Made by a program: the position numbers and the translations under genes. Source: Candidatus Bathyarchaeia archaeon (GTDB lineage Archaea; Thermoproteota; Bathyarchaeia; Bathyarchaeales; Bathycorpusculaceae). Taken from it: 64,000 bases of DNA. Location of the stretch: assembly GCA_049516875.1 (NCBI GenBank), contig JBEKSS010000002.1, forward strand, positions 96,001 through 160,000. Direction: 5' to 3'. The notes under the pieces are model-generated. The model saw only the letters and a list, made by a program, of their open reading frames with translations, was not told where the DNA came from and searched no databases. Shown here one piece after another: positions 20,175 to 29,950 of the stretch (the stretch's first letter is position 1; every line of letters begins with the position of its first letter).

Positions 20175-21803
20175 ATGGAAAAAGCGCTGGAGATGGGCAA
20201 GACCTCAGCCACTGGAAGCTTCCAGCTGCTCATAGGCGTAGCCTCATCCACCATAATAATGGCCGTCGGAACAATAATCCTGACGAGGCTCTTGGGGAAC
20301 GGCAATTACGGCTTGTACGTTTTGGCTATGGCTCCCAGCGTCACGATAAACCTTTTTCGAGACTGGGGAGTCAACAGCGCCATGACCAAGTACGTGGCCA
20401 GGCTTCGAGCCGAAAACAAGGAACTGGAAACCTGCGACGTGGTCGCCGCCGGGATGGCCTTCGAAGTTGCTACCGGCGTGGCCCTGTCCTTCCTGTCCTT
20501 CGTTCTGGCAGGATTCTTCGCATCAATCCTCAAGAGACCCGAGATTTACCCGTTCATATCAATCATGTCCCTCACGATACTCTCAGGTTCACTGCTAGCG
20601 GCCGCGCAATCCTGCTTCATCGGCTACGAAAGAATGAACCTAAACAGCTTCACAGTAATCTGTCAAGCCATCGTCAAAACCGCTGTTGGCCCCGTCTTGG
20701 TTCTCCTCGGATACGGAATCCTCGGCGCCACGCTCGGCTTAACTCTGTCCTTCGTCGCGGCAGGAGTAATCGGAGTCGCCACACTCTACCTCATCCTTTA
20801 CAGGCCCCTCAGCAAACGCAGAAAAGCCAAGCGCAGCATTGTCGAAACCCTGAAACCAATGCTAAGATACGGCGTACCGCTCAACATATCCGGCATCCTG
20901 CTAGGCCTGCTAGGCCAGCTCTACACTCTGTTGATGGGCATCTACATCCCCAACACAGCCGCAGGAAACGGATTGATAGGCAACTACGGCGTTGCGGTTA
21001 ACTTCACCGTGCTTCTAACGTTCTTCACCCTCCCAATCGGAACCGTCCTGTTTCCCGCTTTTGCGAAGCTCGACTCGCAGAACGAGCATGAACTACTCAA
21101 GACAGTCTTCGCATCCTCCGTCAAATACACCGCGATACTCCTCATACCCGCAACGATGGCCGTGATGGCCCTTTCAACCCCGATAGTCAACACGCTGTTC
21201 GGCGAAGCATACGCCTACGCACCCTTCTTCCTAACCCTGATAGTCATCACCACCCTGTTCGCAGCCGTGGGCAGCCTCACCCTGAGCAGCTTCCTGACAG
21301 GCCTCGGCGAAACAAAAGTGCTGATGAAACAAGCCGTCCTCACGCTGCTCATCGGCCTGCCCCTAGCATTCCTGCTCATCCCGCCGTTCGGAATACTGGG
21401 GAACATAATCGGAAGCTCTATAGCGGGAATTCCAAGCATGATATGGGGCCTCTACTGGGTGTGGAAACACTACCAAGCCAAAGCCGAACTCCGCTCATCC
21501 GCAAAAATCTCCACAGCCTCAGCCCTCGCCGCCATCGCATCCTTCCTGACCACTACACTTCTGCACACAGCCGCATGGATACAGCTCATCATCGGCCTCG
21601 CCGTCTTCCTAATCATCTACGTACTCGGAGCCCCCCTCATCGGCGCAATATACCAATCCGACATCGACGCCCTACGACACATGTTCTCAAGCCTGGGCAT
21701 CGTCTCAAAAATAATCAACATCCCACTAAAAGCAGCAGAGAAAGCCGCACAGACCAGAGCACGCCACAGGACGCCGGAAGAACCAGAACAACGCGAAGCC
21801 TAG
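20175..21803 (+). CDS. Wzx-type oligosaccharide flippase
   Basis: Multi-TM, TRLLG..YGLY, IGNYGVA, VLFPAFAK. Confidence 0.9.
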   Translation: MEKALEMGKTSATGSFQLLIGVASSTIIMAVGTIILTRLLGNGNYGLYVLAMAPSVTINLFRDWGVNSAMTKYVARLRAENKELETCDVVAAGMAFEVATGVALSFLSFVLAGFFASILKRPEIYPFISIMSLTILSGSLLAAAQSCFIGYERMNLNSFTVICQAIVKTAVGPVLVLLGYGILGATLGLTLSFVAAGVIGVATLYLILYRPLSKRRKAKRSIVETLKPMLRYGVPLNISGILLGLLGQLYTLLMGIYIPNTAAGNGLIGNYGVAVNFTVLLTFFTLPIGTVLFPAFAKLDSQNEHELLKTVFASSVKYTAILLIPATMAVMALSTPIVNTLFGEAYAYAPFFLTLIVITTLFAAVGSLTLSSFLTGLGETKVLMKQAVLTLLIGLPLAFLLIPPFGILGNIIGSSIAGIPSMIWGLYWVWKHYQAKAELRSSAKISTASALAAIASFLTTTLLHTAAWIQLIIGLAVFLIIYVLGAPLIGAIYQSDIDALRHMFSSLGIVSKIINIPLKAAEKAAQTRARHRTPEEPEQREA

Positions 21804-22073
21804 CTCATAGCCTTAGCGAACCAGTCCATCCTATCGTCAGCCTTTCAGCCCGAACATTTGAAAAAGGGCGGCCGCCGACAGCCAAGGGACAGTATGAAAC
21901 GTTTTTCCCGATTCTTCCAACAACCCGCCTTCCACAACTATGACTGCAGAGACGCTTTAAACGACCCAACCAGATCAGCGGAACACGCCTCCTGGACAAA
22001 TCCTAAATACTATCCTCACTCACAAACCTTCTCAGAACACCACCGTATCAGCCAGAATGCGAGATGCAACAAA

Positions 22074-23117
22074 GTGATTGAACGCATAATACTTGTCACG
22101 GGTGGAGCCGGCTTCATAGGCAGCCATTTGACCCAAGAGCTGCTAAACCAGGGACACAAAGTAACCATACTCGACAACTTCTCAAACGGAAAAATGAAGA
22201 ACATTCAACACTCGCTGGGCAACCCTTCCCTAGCCATAGTCAAAGAAGACCTAAAAAGACCGAAGAAACTGAGGCAAATCATAAACGCCTCGGACACAAT
22301 CTTCCATCTGGCCGCAAACCCCGAGGTAAAATTGGGCGAAACCGACCCTAAAACGCATTTTGAAGAAAACATCCTCGCAACCTTCAACCTGCTCGAGACC
22401 ATGAGAAAAAGTGGAAAACCAAAAACCCTCGTCTTCACCTCAACATCCACCGTGTACGGAGAAGCCACACAGGTTCCAACAAGAGAAGACTACGCTCCGC
22501 TCATACCCATCTCAACCTACGGCGCCTCAAAACTCGCCTGCGAAGCCCTCATCACAAGCTACGCCCACACGTTCAACCATCGAGCCCTCATCCTGCGCCT
22601 CGCCAACATCATCGGCCCAAGATCAAACCACGGAATCATAGTCGACTTCATCAAAAAAATCAAGGCCAACCCCACAGAACTCACGATACTCGGCGACGGA
22701 AACCAAAAAAAATCCTACATGTACATAACAGACTGCACAAGCGCAATCATCCACCTGACCGAAACCTTCTCCAAAAGCACCCAAAAAACCGACATCTTCA
22801 ACCTGGGCTCCAACGACAAGATAACCGTCACACAAATCGCAAAAACCCTCGCACAACTGATGAACACACCCAACATAGAATACAAGTTCACCGGCGGAGT
22901 CGACGGCGGAAGAGGATGGAAAGGCGACGTCAAAACCATGCAACTATCCATAGACAAACTAGCCAAAACCGGATGGAAACCAAACTACACAAGCAAACAA
23001 GCCGTAAAACTGGCCGCAAAAGCCCTAATCCAAGAAAACACCACACCTCAACAAACCCACGCAAACAGGCCAAACACCAAGAAACAACCAAACCCACAAC
23101 CCCGCACAGCGTTTTGA
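22074..23117 (+). CDS. NAD-dependent epimerase (GalE-like)
   Basis: ILVTGGAGFIGSH, STSTVYGE, YGASK, GGRGWKGDV; GTG start chosen over the ORF-track start. Confidence 0.9.
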   Translation: MIERIILVTGGAGFIGSHLTQELLNQGHKVTILDNFSNGKMKNIQHSLGNPSLAIVKEDLKRPKKLRQIINASDTIFHLAANPEVKLGETDPKTHFEENILATFNLLETMRKSGKPKTLVFTSTSTVYGEATQVPTREDYAPLIPISTYGASKLACEALITSYAHTFNHRALILRLANIIGPRSNHGIIVDFIKKIKANPTELTILGDGNQKKSYMYITDCTSAIIHLTETFSKSTQKTDIFNLGSNDKITVTQIAKTLAQLMNTPNIEYKFTGGVDGGRGWKGDVKTMQLSIDKLAKTGWKPNYTSKQAVKLAAKALIQENTTPQQTHANRPNTKKQPNPQPRTAF

Positions 23118-23161
23118 CACTCAGAAGAATCACGGATTGAGCACTCAAACACAAGGGCTCA
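23111..23161 (+). repeat. 51-bp dispersed repeat, inverted relative to copies at 26718-26913
   Basis: gttttgacactcagaagaatcacggattgagcactcaaacacaagggctca; 48/51 identical to the reverse complement of 26718-26768. Confidence 0.9.
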
Positions 23162-23253
23162 AAACCCAGCATACGAGGCGCGCCGTCCGAAACCTAAATG
23201 AAGGCACAGCCTCATTACGTCTGGTATTTTAGCGGAAAACGGAGGATAACAAG

Positions 23254-23910
23254 ATGTTCGCCGTTGGGCACATGGCCTTTGGCTACCTCTCAAGCAAGGC
23301 TTCATCAAGCACGCTCAAAACAAAACTCAACATTCCCATAGTGCTAACCCTGTCAATCCTTCCCGACAGCGACATCCTAGCCCGCGAAATCTTCCCGTCC
23401 CTTCAGCACCGAGGCCCAACACACTCAATCATCACCGCCCTCATCGTTTTCGCGCCCTTCTTCCTCATCTACCGCAAACAGGCAATACCCTACTTCATCG
23501 CCCTAGTCCAACACGGCCTCGTAGGCGACTACATCGCAGGAGGCCGCGTTCAACTCTTGTGGCCCATCACAAACATGTACTTCGGCACAAGCCTAAACAT
23601 TATGAGCCTCACAAACCAAACCCTAGAATGGACGATGTTCCTGGCCGCAACAGTACTCATGCTCAAAATGAAAGACTACAAACCGTTCTTCAAACCCCAA
23701 ACCTCAAACCTACTCCTCATCATCCCAACCCTCACAGTACTGCTGCCAACACTCCTCAGCACCCCCATGGACGTACCACCCATGCTGATACCCCCACACA
23801 TATTCTACCTAATCATCTTCGCAGCAGCCATACTCATCGAGCTGCTCTTCGTAATCTCCCGAACCCTAAAACCCGCGGCTCGCAGCGCATCAAAAGAAGG
23901 AATTGACTAG
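23254..23910 (+). CDS. Membrane metal-dependent hydrolase (YdjM-like)
   Basis: GH..LPDSD..HRGPTHS..H..GD..LLWP. Confidence 0.85.
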   Translation: MFAVGHMAFGYLSSKASSSTLKTKLNIPIVLTLSILPDSDILAREIFPSLQHRGPTHSIITALIVFAPFFLIYRKQAIPYFIALVQHGLVGDYIAGGRVQLLWPITNMYFGTSLNIMSLTNQTLEWTMFLAATVLMLKMKDYKPFFKPQTSNLLLIIPTLTVLLPTLLSTPMDVPPMLIPPHIFYLIIFAAAILIELLFVISRTLKPAARSASKEGID

Positions 23911-25070
23911 CCAGGAGGCGCAGGCCTCGTCCCCAAAACCAGTGACAGCAGCAGCGTTTGATTCCCCCTGGCTATAGTCAGTATCACGGTTTCTTTTGGC
24001 ACTGTGTTCGCTTCAACCCAGCTTTTCATCTCATCTCCGCTTATGGTACGTGTCCCGTTGATGCCGATGATTACATCGTTGACCTGCACGGGCATGGGCG
24101 TTCCGTTGGCGGCAGTTGCGCTAGCAGCTGGGCCATTCTGTACCACAGCGCCGATTAGCCAGCCGTACGTCACGCTGGTGTGCAAATTCTGAGCCGTGTC
24201 GTAATCCATGTCTGTTCCTTGGACGCCCAAGTACGAGTGCGCGTTATAGCTGCTGAATTCAACCAGATCGTATATCTCTTTCTGTATAGTGTTTGAGGGC
24301 ACGGCAAAGCCCAAGCCCTGTGAGTTTTCAACTATCGCCGTGGTTATTCCCACGACGCTGCCATTCCAGTTCAGTAATGGGCCGCCAGAGTTCCCCGGGT
24401 TTATGGGTGTGCTTGTCTGTATTATGTTCGCTATAGCGAACCCTCCAGCAAGATCTTCAGTGATCGTCCTTCCTAACGCACTAACTATTCCCGTGGTCAT
24501 TGAACCGGTCAAGCCGTAAGGGTTGCCTATGGCTACAACAGGGTTGCCGACCTTCAACGATGACGAGTCGACGATTTCAAGCGGTTTGAACTCGCTCTCA
24601 GAAGCACCAGTCACGGAGAGAACGGCCAGGTCTGAGTACGGGTCTGTTCCTTTCACCGTTGCAGCGTACCCGTTTCCATCTGAAAAAGTCACGCTCACTC
24701 CTGTCGCCCCGTGGACAACATGGTTGTTCGTTACCACGATCAACGATCCCGTGAAGTTATAGATGAAGCCTGACCCTTGAACGGTTCCGTTGCTCGTTTT
24801 TCCGCTTATCAGGACGACTGAATCCTTCACCTTGTCGAATATTTCCGTAAAGGCTGTCGTACCGTTCTGGTACACTGTGCCGTTTTGAATGTAGATGTTT
24901 TGGTTTCCTGAAATGCCTGAAACCTTGCCTTCAAGGTTGGAAATGTCATCATTAAGCGTGCCAATCTGCTTATAGAACACGTAAGCAGTTACAATTCCTC
25001 CAAGAATCAACCCGGCCACGAACATCAGGATTAAGATTGAGGAAGAATGCTCTCTTTGGTGTTCAACCAT
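23907..25070 (-). CDS. HtrA/DegP-like trypsin serine protease with PDZ domain
   Basis: GSGF..TNNHVV, DLAVL, INPGNSGGPL. Confidence 0.92.
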   Translation of the reverse strand: MVEHQREHSSSILILMFVAGLILGGIVTAYVFYKQIGTLNDDISNLEGKVSGISGNQNIYIQNGTVYQNGTTAFTEIFDKVKDSVVLISGKTSNGTVQGSGFIYNFTGSLIVVTNNHVVHGATGVSVTFSDGNGYAATVKGTDPYSDLAVLSVTGASESEFKPLEIVDSSSLKVGNPVVAIGNPYGLTGSMTTGIVSALGRTITEDLAGGFAIANIIQTSTPINPGNSGGPLLNWNGSVVGITTAIVENSQGLGFAVPSNTIQKEIYDLVEFSSYNAHSYLGVQGTDMDYDTAQNLHTSVTYGWLIGAVVQNGPAASATAANGTPMPVQVNDVIIGINGTRTISGDEMKSWVEANTVPKETVILTIARGNQTLLLSLVLGTRPAPPG

Positions 25071-25168
25071 CCTGCTTGCCTTCTTCGTAAAATGATTAGG
25101 TGTGTCTCTTAAGAGTTTCCGGCGTATCCAGATTTTGCTAACACGCGTGGATTTTTCAAGCTGTAAAG

Positions 25169-26176
25169 CTATTTTCTTCGGTCAATCAGATCCAGTGCTT
25201 CCGGTCCAGTACCTATGAGGCCGACTGGAACCTGTGTGCGTGCTTCAACTTTTTCCAGGAACTCTTTTGCTTCTTTCGGTAGCTGCTTGTAGGTTCTTAC
25301 GCCTCTGCATTCAGGGAATACACAGTCAAGTTTTGTCACTGCAAGCTGCGTTGCACCGTTGATCACTGCGGCCTTTCTGGCGAGCTCAAAGTTGAACGGA
25401 GCAGAACGTCTGTCTCGGCCTGTTCCAGCGGCAGTTTCGAACCATCCGCGGTTAATAGCTTCGTCTTTCGGTATCTCTCCAGGCAAAGGACCTGTACCTA
25501 CACGCGTGATGAAGGATTTGAAGACCAGCGTGACCTGATCGATTCTGGTGGGCCCTACACCCGCTTCAGAGCATATCGCCGCCGCGCTTGTATCCCTGCC
25601 GGTCACGTAGGGGTAGGTTCCATGATAGAGCGAAAGTAACAGGCCCTGAGTTCCCTCCAGCAACACTTTTTTGCCGGTATCTAAAGCTTGATTTGTCTCC
25701 ATCGCAACGTCCGTAAGATAAGGTTTGAGTTCTGGGATGTCTTTGGCGAGTTTCGCGGTTCTGCGCACGCGCTCTTCGATTGCTGGGCCTACGCCCCAGC
25801 CTGTGGTGCCCAGTCCTTTGAGATGTTCGCTAGCCTTGTCTTGAGCTGAATGTTTTTCTTCGATTATTGAAGCCTGGCTGTCTACGCGTATACGGTTCTT
25901 AACATCTGTTTCCTCGACTTCCTTAAGGAACTGTGCAACGTGAACGTTAGCGCCGGCAGCGATGAGCAGACGGCACTTTCTGCTTACGAAGCAGCCGGGA
26001 ACCATGTGCAATGCGTAACGCTTGCCTTCAAACCAAATCGTGTGAGCAGCATTTACCGAGCCTGTTCTCACGCAGAAATCCGGTTTGTCGTTGAGGGCAA
26101 GGTACGAGATTATCTTCCCCTTGCCCTCGTCCCCCCAAAATCCTCCGGCTACAACTGTGCATGGCATTGTTTTCAC
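25169..26176 (-). CDS. purA: Adenylosuccinate synthetase (short archaeal type)
   Basis: GGFWGDEGKGK, LLEGTQG, GTYPYVT, TRVGTGP, TKLD. Confidence 0.95.
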   Translation of the reverse strand: MKTMPCTVVAGGFWGDEGKGKIISYLALNDKPDFCVRTGSVNAAHTIWFEGKRYALHMVPGCFVSRKCRLLIAAGANVHVAQFLKEVEETDVKNRIRVDSQASIIEEKHSAQDKASEHLKGLGTTGWGVGPAIEERVRRTAKLAKDIPELKPYLTDVAMETNQALDTGKKVLLEGTQGLLLSLYHGTYPYVTGRDTSAAAICSEAGVGPTRIDQVTLVFKSFITRVGTGPLPGEIPKDEAINRGWFETAAGTGRDRRSAPFNFELARKAAVINGATQLAVTKLDCVFPECRGVRTYKQLPKEAKEFLEKVEARTQVPVGLIGTGPEALDLIDRRK

Positions 26177-26245
26177 CGATCAGAGAATTTGCTTGGTTTT
26201 ATTTAAGAGTGTTTGCCGGTTTAATGTCAAAGGCATGCGGGCGAC

Positions 26246-26650
26246 TCAGACGCGTGCGTTCAGTTTTCGTGTCTCGCTGTCTATTTTTTGCAGGAGTCTT
26301 GTGAGCTTTTCTGCTTTGGATTCGATTTCTTTTTTAGAAACAGTTCCAGCTAGCGGACAGAGGTCATCCACGATTACTCCTTCTTCTTCACTGTAGATGA
26401 TGGGGTAGATCCGACATCCCAGCGGCCTACGATTGTAAGCCCTGCAACGATGTTTCGCGGTTTGGTAGAAAACGCAGTATCCTCGGCTGTTCCGTAATTG
26501 AGCAAAGCCTTGCCTGTTGAAGCGGACGAACTTTTCTCTGTTGTATCCTGCCTTTTCTAAGAGCCTAATGTCAGCCTTCGAGAGCAGCATCTCAGTTTTC
26601 TCGCAGCATATGCCACAGTGTGAGCAGCGCATGAGCACATGCAGATGCAA
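26246..26650 (-). CDS. YkgJ-family cysteine-cluster protein
   Basis: CSHCGICC..CVFY..CRAYNRRPLGCRIYP. Confidence 0.88.
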   Translation of the reverse strand: MHLHVLMRCSHCGICCEKTEMLLSKADIRLLEKAGYNREKFVRFNRQGFAQLRNSRGYCVFYQTAKHRCRAYNRRPLGCRIYPIIYSEEEGVIVDDLCPLAGTVSKKEIESKAEKLTRLLQKIDSETRKLNARV

Positions 26651-26717
26651 ACCTTTCTAATTTGGCTTTTCGGTGGCGCACGTTGATCGAGAAGAGTTGG
26701 GCGTTCATGTTGGCGTG

Positions 26718-26913
26718 TGAGCCCTTGTGTTTGAGTGCTCAATCCGTGATTTCTTTGAGTGTCAAAACATTGTTGAAGCATGTTGGTTCAGTGCTTTTTT
26801 TACTCAATTCTGCGGGGTTTTTGAGTGTCAAAAGTTTTGGGTGTTGGGTTTCTCATGTTGGAGTTGGCGTTCTTGTGTTTGAGTGCTCAATCCGTGATTT
26901 TTTTGAGTGTCAA
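26718..26913 (-). repeat. Cluster of the same repeat: full copy 26718-26768, degenerate copy 26801-26833, near-full copy 26872-26913
   Basis: Core cttgtgtTTGAGTGCTCAAtccgtgattt(c/t)tTTGAGTGTCAA. Confidence 0.88.
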
Positions 26914-27035
26914 TCTGTTAACTGGTGCTCTCTCTTTTTTTGTGCAATCGTTCTTGTTGTGTCGGCTACCGTGGCTGGTTTTTGTGGTTTGGCGGTGTCT
27001 GGGATTATTCTTCTTTTTCTGGTTTCTGGGCTTGG

Positions 27036-27272
27036 TTATCCGCCTTTAATCAGGTTTAGGTTCAGCAGTTCTGCCCATGCAATGGTTTTCAAGGGTACCT
27101 TTAACGTGTTTCTGTTTCCGCAAGGGACGCAGGTGACGAACCTTTGTCTTTTGAACTCGTCTTTCTGAATCTCTCCTAACTGGACGTTTACGATTACGGA
27201 GCCATCTTTTAGGTGAAGGTTGACGTTCTTTCCGAGGAAGGATCGTGCAGAATTCATGCCGAAACTTTCCAT
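27036..27272 (-). CDS. Small protein with possible Sm/LSm-like fold
   Basis: FLGKNVNLHLKDGSVIVNVQL..LKVPLKTIAWAE resembles the Sm1/Sm2 pattern. Confidence 0.6.
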   Translation of the reverse strand: MESFGMNSARSFLGKNVNLHLKDGSVIVNVQLGEIQKDEFKRQRFVTCVPCGNRNTLKVPLKTIAWAELLNLNLIKGG

Positions 27273-27276
27273 GTTT

Positions 27277-27414
27277 TCACCACTCCACATCCTTTTCGGC
27301 GAGTCTGCTCCAGCATCGCCTGCAGATTGGCAGCTTCTCTCCTCTGAACTGGATGTAGACTTCAATGTCATGGTTCTTACATTCTGCGTGCCAAGGGTTC
27401 TTGCAGCTTTCCAT
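27277..27414 (-). CDS. 45-aa putative zinc-finger protein (absent from ORF track)
   Basis: MESCKNPWHAECKNHDIEVYIQFRGEKLPICRRCWSRLAEKDVEW; four Cys, stop 4 nt before the next start. Confidence 0.7.
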   Translation of the reverse strand: MESCKNPWHAECKNHDIEVYIQFRGEKLPICRRCWSRLAEKDVEW

Positions 27415-27583
27415 GAGAGCACCCCATCAACATTCAGTGACGTGTCGTTTTTGCTTTTAAGCTTCGCCTTCGAACGACACTAGCCTAGGGCGGAGAGAGA
27501 CGAGTTAAAGTGAAAGTCTTTTATGCATTTCGCGGTGAAAGCATGGTGGTTAGCGCATGCGACTTGGAGGGGCTGATTAGTGT

Positions 27584-28015
27584 ATGGGTCTGTTTAATCC
27601 GAACGCTGTCTTTCTTTCAGACGTCAACCTGCTACTTCAATTGGCAATTCTCGTTCTCCTTGTTCTGGGCTTCTCGTTCAAGCGCAGGGGCGTTTATCTG
27701 AAGCATGGCGCAACGATGGGGATTGCTGTTGCATTGCACACGTTCACCATCTTTGCCATTATGGTGCCCTCATTATTGGCGCTGACGGGCTCTTTCGAAA
27801 ACCTGCTTGCTGAGTTGGTGATCTTTTCACACGCAGTCCTCGGAAGTCTGGTGGAATTGCTCGGGCTATACCTCGTCGTAGCATGGGTGTCACATCACCA
27901 GGAAGTCAAAGTCTGCCTCGGAAACAAGAAATTCATGAAGCCCACGATGATCTTGTGGTTGTTAGAGTTGGCACTCGGCATCATTGTCTACATCCTGCTC
28001 TACGTACCGATTTAG
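27584..28015 (+). CDS. Four-TM membrane protein (DUF420-like)
   Basis: Four hydrophobic helices with conserved-looking His residues. Confidence 0.7.
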   Translation: MGLFNPNAVFLSDVNLLLQLAILVLLVLGFSFKRRGVYLKHGATMGIAVALHTFTIFAIMVPSLLALTGSFENLLAELVIFSHAVLGSLVELLGLYLVVAWVSHHQEVKVCLGNKKFMKPTMILWLLELALGIIVYILLYVPI

Positions 28016-28238
28016 CGACACGAGTCTAAACAGGAAAGCGAGTGTGGAAACGGACACTTTTCATTTTCCCCGAGGCTGGACTGGGCTCTCGCATAAGGTT
28101 CCCAGGAAGGAGGGAATAGGGTATTTTGCGCACCGCGCGAGTTCTTCCGTCTGCTTGAGTTGCTGACATCAATCATATCTTGACAGTCTTTGCTTTTTGA
28201 AAGCAGGCGAGGATTAGGAACCAGACATGCTTTTTTCA

Positions 28239-28781
28239 TCAGATTTGCACTATTTCAGGGGTTATTCTTTCTTTGGTCACTCTTAACAAAGCTACGGTGG
28301 GTTTGGCTAAGAATGGCGGCGCAGGAGCTGTTGGGCTTCCAGGATTTATGAACAAGATATTTCGTTCCCATTTTATGTTCGAACTGTGCGTGTGTCCATA
28401 AACGAGCACGTCGAAACAGTTTGTCTTAGCGATTTCACGCATTTTTCCAATGCCAAACAAGGTTCCTGGGTTATGAGTCACGCCGATTTTCCAATCGAAA
28501 ACTTTGAAGGAGTCCAGTTTCGGCAGTTTGCCTCGGATTTCAGGTCCGTCCATGTTTCCCTGGACAACCAAAACAGGGGCAAGCTGTTCCAGCTCCTCTA
28601 TGACGGACAACTGCACCAAGTCGCCTGCGTGCACGATGAAATCCACGTTGTCAAAAACCTTGAAAACTCTTTCAGGGATTTTCTTGGCGCGATTAGGAAC
28701 ATGCGTGTCAGAGATTAAGCCAACGGTTTTTGCTGAGCTTTCGTACAGCTTGGCGAATGCCTGTGTTTCTTGGCTGGTCAT
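28239..28781 (-). CDS. Metallophosphoesterase (YfcE/Vps29-like)
   Basis: ISDTH, HAGD, QGNMD, YGHTH, INPGS. Confidence 0.92.
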   Translation of the reverse strand: MTSQETQAFAKLYESSAKTVGLISDTHVPNRAKKIPERVFKVFDNVDFIVHAGDLVQLSVIEELEQLAPVLVVQGNMDGPEIRGKLPKLDSFKVFDWKIGVTHNPGTLFGIGKMREIAKTNCFDVLVYGHTHSSNIKWERNILFINPGSPTAPAPPFLAKPTVALLRVTKERITPEIVQI

Positions 28782-29007
28782 TTCGGAGCATCCTTTGTAA
28801 AAATCCTTAACGTCATCCTAGAATAAGAGTTTTGACTGAACAGTCATCGCAAGCATAGATTCAGGGGACATGAGACTTCTCTGATTGCTTTGGAACGCCT
28901 TTAAACGGCTTACCGTTCGAAACAGCCGTATTAACTGCACTTGCAAGTGAAGTTATAAATATCTCTTGGATGATTGTTCTATTGATCATTCTGATGGAGG
29001 TTTTGGT

Positions 29008-29292
29008 TTGCCCGCGGCTGAGGTTGGAAGAATCTGTGTGAAACTGTTAGGTCGTGAAGCTGGAAGAAAATGTGTTGTAGTCGATGTGGCGGACAAGAGT
29101 TTTGTGTTAATCACCGGTCCGAAGGAAGTGACAGGTGTGAGGAGGCGCAGGGCGAACATCAATCACATTGAACCTTTGCAAGACAGCATAGAAATTAAGC
29201 GCGGAGCATCTGACGAGGAAGTAACAGAGGCACTCAAATCTGCCGGCAAACTGGAAGCGATGGCTCAAGCGGTCAAACCAGCCCTGGACTAA
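29008..29292 (+). CDS. rpl14e: 50S ribosomal protein L14e
   Basis: [37 protein letters not shown]; SD ggagg before TTG. Confidence 0.95.
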   Translation: MPAAEVGRICVKLLGREAGRKCVVVDVADKSFVLITGPKEVTGVRRRRANINHIEPLQDSIEIKRGASDEEVTEALKSAGKLEAMAQAVKPALD

Positions 29293-29405
29293 GACTGCAA
29301 CGCAAGTAGCACAACCGTTGCAGAAATGGTTCATCTACCTTTCTGTTGCGTGTTTGACCGGGGCTCAGAGTCTCTCATTCATGAGTGTAGCCCTGTGCCA
29401 GGTAA

Positions 29406-29630
29406 TCAGAAAAGCTTAAGCTTCTGTCTTATGGAGTGTCTATATGATTCATTCTCCGGCATTCCTGCTGTCTTGTACCGCGCAAATCCTGTGTAAGCGA
29501 TCCTGGTTTCACTTTGTTCACAAGGGTGCAGCACGAACGTAACATTGCAACGCTCGTTCTCGCAAAAATACTTGCTTTCGCCTTCTCGTTCCTTCCGCAA
29601 GGGTTTTCCACATTCAGGACAGTTGACCAC
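29406..29630 (-). CDS. Small zinc-ribbon protein
   Basis: CPECGKPL..YFCENERC. Confidence 0.6.
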   Translation of the reverse strand: MVNCPECGKPLRKEREGESKYFCENERCNVTFVLHPCEQSETRIAYTGFARYKTAGMPENESYRHSIRQKLKLF

Positions 29631-29950
29631 ACCAAACCCTCTAACGAAAAACTCACGGAAGCGATTAAAGGCATTATTCCAAAACTGGAAATATGTTACG
29701 AAGGCGCGTGGAGACGCTTGTTTGTCGTATGTTTCCTTCACTTTGTCATGTTTCCTGCGTTATTGTATCTCTCTGTAATGCATAGACGCTGGAGAATTAG
29801 GTATACTCTGAAGCAGGTTTTCTTGGCACAAGCGAAAGATGGCATAATGCTGTTCAGAAAACCCAAAAGGTTCTGTGACATAAACGCAAGAATGAGTGTT
29901 TAAACTCTTATACTTGATACTTTCTACTCTATGGGAAGTGATGTGTTGTC

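Noticed and set aside
21858-22073. N-terminal extensions in the ORF track (also nucS, mobB, second hdrA, the RsmC-like and NUDIX genes)
   Set aside because: They overlap neighbouring genes or a tRNA, or precede the family's normal N-terminus; downstream starts fit better.
26718-26913. CRISPR mini-array
   Set aside because: Repeats are ~42-51 bp, irregularly conserved, have an inverted solo copy 3.6 kb away, and no cas genes are in the window.
26662-27168. 168-aa hydrophobic ORF over the repeat cluster
   Set aside because: Likely a by-product of GT-rich low-complexity DNA; it translates the repeats and overlaps a better gene on the minus strand.
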